Source: a virus. Taken from it: a DNA stretch of 64,000 nucleotides. Positions 29,537 to 38,238 of the stretch are shown piece after piece (positions within the stretch are counted from its first letter, which is position 1; the number at the start of each line of letters is the position of its first letter). Under the pieces are notes generated by a model. The model had not been told where the DNA came from. It made no database searches and was given only the letters and a program-made list of their open reading frames with translations. The DNA is taken from positions 83,879 through 147,878 of IMG/VR virus record IMGVR_UViG_3300046171_000314; one strand, 5' to 3'. A program made the position numbers and the translations under genes.

Positions 29537-31624
29537 ATGGAAAAAAAGATTTTCACCAAGTTACAGAAGAAGCACGTTCGAGTTGATCCCCAAATTCTTT
29601 CAGAGATTAGAGGAACACGAATACGTTCCGCAACTCTTGTGAGGATAGCAAAACAAGTGTTCGCAACCAAATCTCAATCTGAGAAAGAAGACGAAGAGGT
29701 TGAGAGATTACAGAAACCATCTCCAAAGAAGAAGCCTCCTCGTAAGGATAAATCTCGTAGAAGGGTAAAGATTAAAGACAAGGACACAGACAAAGACCCT
29801 GACTTGAACACCAAAGATATGTCAATGAACTACAAGATAGTGGGAAGTCAACTTGAAACCCTTTGGTTCAAAGATGCGAAGGAGGACTTGAACACTGTCC
29901 GTAGAAAAGAAGATGGAGAGGTCATACAGGTGTCTGACAATACACTCAAAGAAAGAGGCTCTGAGTTTGATATCGTGGAAGATGATGATGAAGACGAAGA
30001 CACAGAGGTAGAGGAAGATACAGAGACAGAGCAAAACGAAACCTCAACAGAGAATGCCCCTGAGGATAAAGAAGACAAAGAAGAGGTTAAGAAGGAAGAA
30101 GAAAAAGAAGAAGCCAATACGCAAGGTGATGCCGTAAAGAAAGAGTTCAGTAAGACCTTAGAGGGGAAAGAGGGGGCGTTGGATTTCCTGTTGGAATTGG
30201 GGGATGATGTAAAAGCCTTGTTGTCTGAAAATGCGGATACCTTAAAAGGTGTTGAAAATATGAAGGTCATCCTGAAAGAAAAAGGTTCTTTGCTTGAGTC
30301 TATCCAAGATGCTTTGGAGGGTGATTATGGTTCTGAGTTTATGGATGCTGTTAAAGATGTTTTGGGTGAGGGGCTTGACACAGATGTTTCTGTTGAAATA
30401 ATAGAGACATTAAAAAAAGTTATTGATGAGGGAATAACAGATACCCCTGTCAAAGAGTTGGCAGAGTTGTCTGTTGATGAGTTGGAGCAGCGGATATTAG
30501 ATGAAGCAGAGTTAAAAGATATCCACACAGAGAAAACCAAAGAGTTGAAAGATAAATACAAGAAAGAGGTTCGTGAAAAATTCGAGTCTTTGTCGGATAG
30601 CGATGCAGGGATAGAAAAAGTTCATAGTATTCTTGCGGAGGTTTCTAACGCAGAGTTGTCCTACTTTTCGAGTGTTGTGAAAGAGCCTATGGATAAACTC
30701 GAAGAGATAGACAAGTCTTTGGAAGATAAGAAAGAGGAATTGGAAAAAGCAGAGGGAAAAGAGAAGCGAACTCTTGAAAAGGAGATCAAAGCCTTAGAGC
30801 AGGAGAAAGGTCAGTTAGAAGAGTCTTTGCCCAAGTTGAATACTGTAAAGAACATGGTTAATGTCAATGCTATTCTTAGAGGGGAAGATAGTTCAATAGT
30901 TGGGGAGGTGTCCGACAAACAAAAAAGTTTGATTTCTTTTTTGGGAGACCATCTTCCTGTTGAGGGTGTTCTTGACTCTATGTCTCAGATTGTTTCTGTT
31001 TCAGAAGATAGCGATAAAGAGGTGGAGTCTAAGACTCAAATGCAACTAGCGATTGGAAACTCAATGAAAGACCTGTCTATGGATCAGAAGATGAGTGTTC
31101 TTATGGATCAGAAAGTTTTTGATGACAACAAAATATTTATTGAGGCTTTCAATAGATACGCAGAGCAAGCCAAGAGTCCTCTAATTACCGCAGCCAAACG
31201 AAAGGAACTAGAGGATATGGCTGATATGATGTTCTCAAGAGCAATGGCAGAAACTTTGGCAGGGTCAGAAGGCACGAGTAAGGATAAGAAGGATAAGAAG
31301 CCTTCTTCCTCTTTTTCCTCTAAAGAAAAAGCAAAAGAAAGATCTAACTTACTTAATTCTATTGGAAAAATTCTTGAAGAGAATCTTGGATCATTCCTTT
31401 CCGATCCTGATCAAGTTAATGACGCAGACATTTCAGGTATGTCAGAAGGGCTTGATTCTGCTATCCAAGCCGAGTCTATTCGTGAGATGTATCGGAAAAG
31501 AATGGAAAATGCCTCTGAAGGCGAGAAGCAACTTTTGCAGAAAAAACAGGAAGAGGCTGTTGAACGAATGATGAAAAAGGCAAAAATAAGATCAAATCTC
31601 ACTCTTCTTTGGGGTAAGATTTGA
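29537..31624 (+). CDS. Large acidic coiled-coil protein, putative internal head protein
   Basis: 695 aa; RSATLVRIAK and LETLWFKDA motifs. Confidence 0.65.
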   Translation: MEKKIFTKLQKKHVRVDPQILSEIRGTRIRSATLVRIAKQVFATKSQSEKEDEEVERLQKPSPKKKPPRKDKSRRRVKIKDKDTDKDPDLNTKDMSMNYKIVGSQLETLWFKDAKEDLNTVRRKEDGEVIQVSDNTLKERGSEFDIVEDDDEDEDTEVEEDTETEQNETSTENAPEDKEDKEEVKKEEEKEEANTQGDAVKKEFSKTLEGKEGALDFLLELGDDVKALLSENADTLKGVENMKVILKEKGSLLESIQDALEGDYGSEFMDAVKDVLGEGLDTDVSVEIIETLKKVIDEGITDTPVKELAELSVDELEQRILDEAELKDIHTEKTKELKDKYKKEVREKFESLSDSDAGIEKVHSILAEVSNAELSYFSSVVKEPMDKLEEIDKSLEDKKEELEKAEGKEKRTLEKEIKALEQEKGQLEESLPKLNTVKNMVNVNAILRGEDSSIVGEVSDKQKSLISFLGDHLPVEGVLDSMSQIVSVSEDSDKEVESKTQMQLAIGNSMKDLSMDQKMSVLMDQKVFDDNKIFIEAFNRYAEQAKSPLITAAKRKELEDMADMMFSRAMAETLAGSEGTSKDKKDKKPSSSFSSKEKAKERSNLLNSIGKILEENLGSFLSDPDQVNDADISGMSEGLDSAIQAESIREMYRKRMENASEGEKQLLQKKQEEAVERMMKKAKIRSNLTLLWGKI

Positions 31625-31726
31625 TAAAAATCGAAAATATTTGCATATTCTGTCTATAAACAGAACATATTGTCGATGGATTTATACCAACGACATTTTA
31701 TTTATACCCATATTGGAGGCTTAAAA

Positions 31727-32423
31727 ATGAAGAAGATTTCAAAAAAGCAGGTAACAGCAAGCCTTGATCGCATTGCTGACTTGTTTCAAAACCATGCCGA
31801 GCAACTAGGAGTTCCCTCTCGTGTTGCTTTTGACTTTGCCTATCGTTGTGACTTACTTTCAGATGCCTTAGATAAAATGGCTTCCGAAGATAAGAAAGAA
31901 GAGAAGGAAGAAGAAAAAAGAAGAGGAAGAAAAGTCTGAGGAAGAATCTGAAGAAAAAGAAGAGAAGTCTGAGGAAAAAGAATCCTCAAAGAAGGCTCGT
32001 CTTTCTCGAAGAGCAGCCCTCAAAAAACTAGATCTTTTGTATGCAAAAATTGCTGCGGAAGAGGAAGCAGAAGAAGAGGAATCAGAAGAGGAAGAGGAAG
32101 AGGCAGAAGAGAAGGAATCTTCTAAGAAAGCCAAACTTACTCGTCGTGCCGCTATTCGTGAATTGGATCGTTTGCATAGACAAGTTGTTGCTAAGGACAG
32201 AAGATCAACTCGCAGAAGTCGTAAATTGGCTGATTTCGATCCAAATGATATTGGTGAAGACAAAGGTCAGGAAGTTGAAAGCGATGAAGCGTATATGAAT
32301 GACTTTGGTGATGATCCTGCTGAATTGCGTTCAAAGCAAGAAGGTAAGGGTCTTGGTAAAGCAGCGGCTCGCAGACAACGTGCTCGTCGTAGAATGGCTA
32401 ATCGTGTAAGAAGAAACCGCTAA
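31727..32423 (+). CDS. Acidic/basic block protein (core/scaffold-like), apparent +1 frameshift at the A run near 31914-31919
   Basis: GGAGG RBS; joining the frames gives continuous Glu/Lys blocks and two SKKA.L.RRAA...LD repeats. Confidence 0.65.
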
Positions 32424-32445
32424 TATTTGTTGGTAGGAGTTCCTT

Positions 32446-33012
32446 GTGGAAAAAGCATCAGCAGGTAGCGTGGTTAACCTCCCATTAAGGTCTGAAGACT
32501 TTCAAGTTGGCGACAGTATTGTCGCCCTTGATGGTCCGAGGGACAATGTTGGGAAGATAACCCGTTTATACCCTGCCATTGGTATGGCAGATGTTGAGTT
32601 CTCGACAGGAAATCATCGGATGCCTGTCGAAGAGATCAAGAAAGTCGATGAAGACGATAAGGGCTATGCTCCGAATACGGACTCTACGGTGGGTGGTGGT
32701 ATAGATCTTGAGCCTTTTGGCGTTCGTGACATTAGTACAAAAGACCCCTCAAATTCTTTTGGGGTATTGGCTACTCGTGTTGCGAGGGCTTGGGTCAAGA
32801 AAGGTCTTTATTGGGCTTCTGTTGATCGTAAGTATCGTGCCACCAAGTCTGAGTGTGGTTCTCACTACACCTGTCCCAAATGTCCTGAGGTTGCTTTGAA
32901 AAAAGCCATCTATAAAAGAGACAGTGGGGCAAGTGAAAAGTTGTGGGGATGTCCTAGTTGTATGTTCTTAATAAAGGACAGCGACATTACAAGATACAAT
33001 GGAGGTATGTGA
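32446..33012 (+). CDS. Protein with SH3-like N-terminus, RVARAW motif and C-terminal zinc ribbon
   Basis: CPKC...CPSC; AGGAG RBS. Confidence 0.65.
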   Translation: MEKASAGSVVNLPLRSEDFQVGDSIVALDGPRDNVGKITRLYPAIGMADVEFSTGNHRMPVEEIKKVDEDDKGYAPNTDSTVGGGIDLEPFGVRDISTKDPSNSFGVLATRVARAWVKKGLYWASVDRKYRATKSECGSHYTCPKCPEVALKKAIYKRDSGASEKLWGCPSCMFLIKDSDITRYNGGM

Positions 33013-34415
33013 TGGCTTTTATGAAATATGCCTCTGCTCTCTTAATGTCCCCTAGTATTTCTCAAAGGGGTTGGAAAAAGGTTCGAACTGCTTCCATGAA
33101 AGCAGGCGGAAATCTTGTTCATCAAGCCGAGAACATTTTTGGTCAAAAGTTTGATCCGAGTAAGTACTTATTGTCTCATTGTACGATAGTGGCTTCTGTT
33201 GATGTTGATGAAGTCTCCAATGTTAAAATGGGGTCTGTTCAAGAAGGTGGTAAGACAATTAATCGCAAGTATAGCGATTACTATATTACTCCCCAAACCT
33301 CTAAGTATGTAAATAACAATGGGGATTCTTGGTCAAGAGAAGTTCTTATGAAGTCTTACAAAACCTTTATAGGTTCTCATAACTTTCAAGAACATGTACA
33401 AATAGAAGACCTGTCAAAGGGTCGCATTATTGATGCAGTTGCTCGTGATGTTGGTGAGAGTATTTATATTGATATTCTTGTGGCTACGGATCGACAACAC
33501 ACACAATTAGTAGAGGACATAGAGAGTGGCAAAATGGCTACTCTTTCTATGGGATGTACTGTCGAAGCAACCATTTGCTCTCAATGTGGAAATGTTGCAG
33601 TAGATGAAACCGATATGTGTGATCATATTAAATATGCCAAACTAAACAAGTTCTTTGACAAGAGCGGTAATCAAAGGGTTATTGCAGAACTTTGTGGTCA
33701 CCCTGAGATGGGTGATACAGGCGGTGTTCATTTTATAGAAGCCTCTTGGGTTGCTGTTCCTGCTTTTACAGGTGCGGTAATGAGAAATATTTTGACACCT
33801 GAGCAAGTTAGTGCAGAAGTCAAAAAGAAGGCTACTGAGATTCTTTCTGTTCCTCCGAGTGAGTGGGTCAATCCTGAGGGCAATCAAAAGGTTGCTCGTG
33901 ATGTATATGCTCGTGGAATGTTTGATGACGATGACGATGATGATGGCGGTGGCGGAGATGCCTCTCCAATTAAAGAGTTGGAAGATGAAATGGTTCAAGT
34001 GGTTAAGAAGAGAGTTCTTGATCGATTGAAAACCGAAATGAATCCTCCAAAGGAAGAAGCAGAAAAAGATGCCCCAAAGACAGAAGATGCTACCACGTAT
34101 CAAAATGATACGATAGTCAAAGAGGCTATGCGTAAAGGTGCATTGGAAGGTCTTGTAAAGATTTCCTCCTCTTCGGTGGAATTGGTTGATGGTATTGCTA
34201 GGCTCGATAGAGCGAACGGTGAGCCATTTGCAATAGATTTGTATCGTGCCTCTCTTAGAGTAGGTTCGACCACAAATTACCCTTCTTTGAGATCCTTTTT
34301 GGCACAATGTCATAAAGTGTTGAGAAGAAGATTTACTTCACAAGAAGCAAAAAAATTGGTTCGCCTTGCTAAACTCATAGAAATATGGGAGAAGCGGAGC
34401 AACTTTCAATCTTAA
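33012..34415 (+). CDS. Prohead (capsid maturation) protease
   Basis: FQEH, KGRIIDA, LSMGC, CSQCGN..CDH, IEASWVAVPA; lies between portal and scaffold/MCP. Confidence 0.85.
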   Translation: MAFMKYASALLMSPSISQRGWKKVRTASMKAGGNLVHQAENIFGQKFDPSKYLLSHCTIVASVDVDEVSNVKMGSVQEGGKTINRKYSDYYITPQTSKYVNNNGDSWSREVLMKSYKTFIGSHNFQEHVQIEDLSKGRIIDAVARDVGESIYIDILVATDRQHTQLVEDIESGKMATLSMGCTVEATICSQCGNVAVDETDMCDHIKYAKLNKFFDKSGNQRVIAELCGHPEMGDTGGVHFIEASWVAVPAFTGAVMRNILTPEQVSAEVKKKATEILSVPPSEWVNPEGNQKVARDVYARGMFDDDDDDDGGGGDASPIKELEDEMVQVVKKRVLDRLKTEMNPPKEEAEKDAPKTEDATTYQNDTIVKEAMRKGALEGLVKISSSSVELVDGIARLDRANGEPFAIDLYRASLRVGSTTNYPSLRSFLAQCHKVLRRRFTSQEAKKLVRLAKLIEIWEKRSNFQS

Positions 34416-34447
34416 TAAACCCCCCTATTTTATAAAGGAGATATGTT

Positions 34448-35512
34448 ATGCGTAGACGCAGACTTACTTGGAAAAAAGCAGACTCTGATTTGCCTAATGA
34501 AGGATATGACCATCCTGCCTTCATCGGACAACAACCTGCTGAAAAATATTTTATCGACAATGATGGTAACGGTGTTGGTTCTGAGCCTTCTGACTTTGCA
34601 GAAGATGTTCATCAAGGACCTTACGACAATGGTGCTGAACCTGCTCTTCCTCACGAAGAATGGGATCATCCTGCATCAATGAAGCAAGCCGCTCGTGACA
34701 TTCGTGCTAGTGTAGAACGCAAAGCCGCTAAGTGTATTCGTATTGCACAGGCGACTCTTGGAAAGAAGGCAACTGTTGCTGACATTGAAAATCAAGCCCT
34801 TGCTTTTATGGATATGCCTGATTCTCAAATCGATGCTACTCTTTCTCGTCTTTCAATGCCAATGCCAATGGCACAAGAAGAAAAGGCTACTCTTTATGCA
34901 GAGGAAGACCACGCTCTTGAAGAAATGATGGCTGAGTTCTTGGCAGAAGATCACGAAGGCGAAGATGCAGAAGCAGAAGAAATGCTTGCTCAAATGCTTG
35001 CAGAAGAGCCTGTTGCTATGAAGCCCCCAATGATGTCCAATCAGAATGATCCTGAGCACTTTGAAGCACAGGAAGAAAAGGCTACTCTTTATGCGGAAGA
35101 AGAAGAGGCTATGATTGATCCTATGATGAGTGATAATCATATGAGTGAGCACCATGAAGAACACGCTACTATGTATTCTGAAATGGATCATATGGGTCTT
35201 AATCCTATGATGGGTGAAGAACTTGATGCAGAAGATGAAGACTTGCTTGCAAGTATCTTTGGTGGAAAGTTCGCTGCTGATGAAGAAAAAGAAGCAGAGG
35301 AAGAAAAAGCGGAAGATGAGAAGGAAGCAAAAGAAGAGGAAGCAGAAGAAAAAGAATCTTCTAAGAAAGCCTCTTACAAGTTGAAGCCTCGTGCTCGTAA
35401 AACTTCAAAAGGTGTCAAGTCTGTTGGAAACGTTTCTAAGACCGCAAAGTCAGAAATGGATGACCTTTCAAAACTTTGGCAATCTGCTCCTGACATTTCG
35501 GATATGTTTTAA
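34448..35512 (+). CDS. Scaffold/core protein
   Basis: Highly acidic; lies between protease and capsid genes; internal repeat AQEEKATLYAEE (two copies). Confidence 0.75.
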   Translation: MRRRRLTWKKADSDLPNEGYDHPAFIGQQPAEKYFIDNDGNGVGSEPSDFAEDVHQGPYDNGAEPALPHEEWDHPASMKQAARDIRASVERKAAKCIRIAQATLGKKATVADIENQALAFMDMPDSQIDATLSRLSMPMPMAQEEKATLYAEEDHALEEMMAEFLAEDHEGEDAEAEEMLAQMLAEEPVAMKPPMMSNQNDPEHFEAQEEKATLYAEEEEAMIDPMMSDNHMSEHHEEHATMYSEMDHMGLNPMMGEELDAEDEDLLASIFGGKFAADEEKEAEEEKAEDEKEAKEEEAEEKESSKKASYKLKPRARKTSKGVKSVGNVSKTAKSEMDDLSKLWQSAPDISDMF

Positions 35513-35550
35513 TTCTCTATAAGAATTGAAAAATTGAGTTGAGTGAATGT

Positions 35551-35582
35551 AAATCCCACCGAGCAATCGGTGGGATTTTTTT
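35551..35582 (+). terminator. Intrinsic terminator
   Basis: AAATCCCACCGA-GCAA-TCGGTGGGATTT followed by a T run. Confidence 0.85.
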
Positions 35583-35716
35583 ATTTATTTTCAATATTCA
35601 TTCGATAATCCAACCTATATATGATCACTCACACGTGGGTTGGTCTTTTAACCAAACTTTCTATTTAACTCTCTCCCTTGTAAACAGGGAGTATTGCCTA
35701 TAAAAGGAGAAATCTT

Positions 35717-36400
35717 ATGGCTATGCTTGGACAAGCGAGTGGTGGTTTTACTGAAAGTTCATCTTCTCTTCGTCTGTTGCATGTTGGTATTCGCAACTCA
35801 ACAGGTGTTTTGGCTGATGATGCTTTCACACAAACTAACCCCGTAGGCTCAATTTTGGCAGGCGAAAGCACTGCTACATATGCAACAAATTCCCCACAAG
35901 TAGCAACATCTGTATTGGGTGTTCTCAGTGGTTCTGTTGCTTTCACAAGACCCACAACCGCAGATGGTGGGAACAACGAAATCGGTGGACTTGGCTTTGC
36001 CTCTCTTAGTGGTGTTGCTACTGTCGTTGCTGACCTTAAAGCAGGACAAACAAACTGTATAGGTGTTCGCCCTATTGGTTGTTTCATCAATCACGCAGCA
36101 GGTTATTCTTTCGAGAACACCCCTGCTCTTGCATCTTCTAAGTCACCTTATGTATCTGCACAAGGAACTTACGCAAACTCATTGTTTGAAACGGTAAGAC
36201 CTGCCTCTGTAGGTGTTAATGTTACTTATCTTGTTGGGAACACTCTTGTACCATCTATCAATGGATTCCTTATTTCATTGGAAGGTTGTGTTTCGGCAGA
36301 CGATTGTTACAATGGTGGTGATACACCTGAAACAATCGGTATCTTAAAAATGGTTTCTGATTCTGCACAAGATGAAATCATGTATGACCAACGAATTTAG
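35717..36400 (+). CDS. Capsid cement/decoration protein
   Basis: Immediately upstream of MCP; strong T-ending codon bias; RPIGCF motif. Confidence 0.7.
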   Translation: MAMLGQASGGFTESSSSLRLLHVGIRNSTGVLADDAFTQTNPVGSILAGESTATYATNSPQVATSVLGVLSGSVAFTRPTTADGGNNEIGGLGFASLSGVATVVADLKAGQTNCIGVRPIGCFINHAAGYSFENTPALASSKSPYVSAQGTYANSLFETVRPASVGVNVTYLVGNTLVPSINGFLISLEGCVSADDCYNGGDTPETIGILKMVSDSAQDEIMYDQRI

Positions 36401-36414
36401 GAGGAGGTTAAAAA

Positions 36415-37287
36415 ATGTCTAATGTTAATAATGCTGTAAAGCAAAAAATTATTTCTGATTATATCAAAACTCCTCAAGGGCGTGCAAAACTTGCTGCTTC
36501 TATGACTCAACCGCTTCGTTTGCGTAGAGATTATAGTTCGGTTGGTCGTAAGACTTTCCTTGTGGAACAACTACCTGATGGTGCTCTTCCTATCTATGAT
36601 AAAGACCCTGACGTAACTGCTTATGTTGTTGGTGAAGAAGGTGAAAACATTCTTGCTATCACTAAGCCTCGTCGTGTTATTTTTCCATTGTTTGAAATTG
36701 CATCCAACCCTGAAATTCCTTTGACACAAATCAAAGAGCGTCGTTTCGACTTGATCGAACGTGCTCAAGACTTGGCTCGTGCTCAAATCCAAGCCGCAGA
36801 AGATGAGCGAGTATTCGCTACTCTTGATGGTGTTGCTACTAACGGATTTGATTCTTTGGGAACTGAAAATGCTGACATTCCTGTTGTTGCTCCTGTTACA
36901 GGTGCAGTACTTGCTGATGCATATGCTCTCATCGAACGCCACGATCTTCGTGTTGCTCGTGTCTTTATGAATGCTCGTGACTATGCTGACCTTCGTAAGT
37001 TTGGTCGTGACATTCTTGACATCGAATCTCAAAGAGATTTGTTGAAGACAGGTCTTATGGGAACTCTTTGGGGTGCTCAAATCATTACTTCACGTATCGT
37101 TCCTGTTGGAACTGTATATGTTGCTTGTGAGCCTGAGTACTTTGGTCGTATTCCTGTTCGTACCGAACTTACTGTTCTTTCTGCTGATGATCCTAAGGCT
37201 CGTACCATTGGTTTCTCAGTATTTGAAAATCTCGGTATCGGTTGTTTCAATCCAAAAGGACTTGTTCGTTTGTCAATTACTCGATAA
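36415..37287 (+). CDS. Major capsid protein (HK97 fold)
   Basis: GRAKLAASM..PLR.RRDY, PLFEIASNP, GTLWGAQI, FENLGI; highly expressed codon bias; AGGAGG RBS. Confidence 0.9.
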   Translation: MSNVNNAVKQKIISDYIKTPQGRAKLAASMTQPLRLRRDYSSVGRKTFLVEQLPDGALPIYDKDPDVTAYVVGEEGENILAITKPRRVIFPLFEIASNPEIPLTQIKERRFDLIERAQDLARAQIQAAEDERVFATLDGVATNGFDSLGTENADIPVVAPVTGAVLADAYALIERHDLRVARVFMNARDYADLRKFGRDILDIESQRDLLKTGLMGTLWGAQIITSRIVPVGTVYVACEPEYFGRIPVRTELTVLSADDPKARTIGFSVFENLGIGCFNPKGLVRLSITR

Positions 37288-37312
37288 TCGACTTAGAACT
37301 GTCACTTGACCT

Positions 37313-37343
37313 AAAACCCTCCGTATTGCACGGAGGGTTTTTT
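37313..37343 (+). terminator. Intrinsic terminator after MCP
   Basis: AAAACCCTCCGT...ACGGAGGGTTTT followed by T. Confidence 0.85.
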
Positions 37344-37389
37344 AATAATTGTCCTATACTTCCCCGTTATGTAAGTAGGGGAGTCTTCT

Positions 37390-37623
37390 ATGAAAGATGT
37401 TGTAAGTTTGACCGATTTTCGTTTGGCAGGGTTTTTAGTTTCAAAGGGGGCAACCCTTTTGAGAACTTCCAAGAACAACAAAGGTGAAGTTGTTTTTACT
37501 TTTGATGACAGTGATGGCACAGCCACGAAAACACTTATGTCTTTCCCAAATTCCCCTGAACAAAGATACGACTCTGCTTGCAAAACAATGTATGACCTAG
37601 TAAAAGTTGAACTGCGGAAGTAA
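37390..37623 (+). CDS. Small DUF5659-like protein
   Basis: TDFRLAGFL..KG...VFTF pattern; paralogue of the ORF at 52646. Confidence 0.6.
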   Translation: MKDVVSLTDFRLAGFLVSKGATLLRTSKNNKGEVVFTFDDSDGTATKTLMSFPNSPEQRYDSACKTMYDLVKVELRK

Positions 37624-37687
37624 ATTATTAGGGTATAATGCCACACCCTTTACAATATCATTACACTATATTTATGGAGTTTTTCCT

Positions 37688-38056
37688 ATGAGCACACGAC
37701 AAGAAGATATTTCTGAATTGAATGAACGACTCGAAAACCTTGCGAGCAAACGCTTGGTGGTTTTTGAAGAATACAAAACTGAATCTCAAGGTCTAAATGA
37801 CAAAGCCAAGTCTATCTTAGAAGAGGCAGGCATTTTGGAACAATGGACAGAGTTGGAAAAAGAGAAAGCCGAGTTGAACGCTCGCTTTCAAAAATTGCTT
37901 GACCCCTACAACAATGCAATTCAACAAGTTCAAGGTGTCCGAAATTGGTTGAGTTCAAAAGAGAATCCTGTTGCCCCTGAGGTCGCCCCTGCGATTTCTG
38001 AGGAGACCGTTGCATTAGAGTCTTCTCTTGAAGAAGGTGGCGAGGACACCGAATAA
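37688..38056 (+). CDS. Coiled-coil hypothetical protein
   Basis: GGAG RBS before ATG 37688. Confidence 0.6.
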   Translation: MSTRQEDISELNERLENLASKRLVVFEEYKTESQGLNDKAKSILEEAGILEQWTELEKEKAELNARFQKLLDPYNNAIQQVQGVRNWLSSKENPVAPEVAPAISEETVALESSLEEGGEDTE

Positions 38057-38238
38057 CTTTTTTACTTTCAAATAAATTAGGGTGAAACTAATCTATCAAA
38101 TGAGAAGGTCATTTTTTTAATGGTCTTCTCATTTTTCTATTTATATCTCCTTGTAATAGGGTGACTATTCTAAATCATTCTATGGTGTGCAATTGCATCA
38201 TTCTTTTCTCTTTCTAAAAAACATAATAGGAGTTTATT

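Noticed and set aside
21183-37080. Long antisense ORFs (e.g. 21183-21854, 33642-34313, 36571-37080)
   Set aside because: They are shadows of strongly biased plus-strand genes and have no RBS or recognisable motifs
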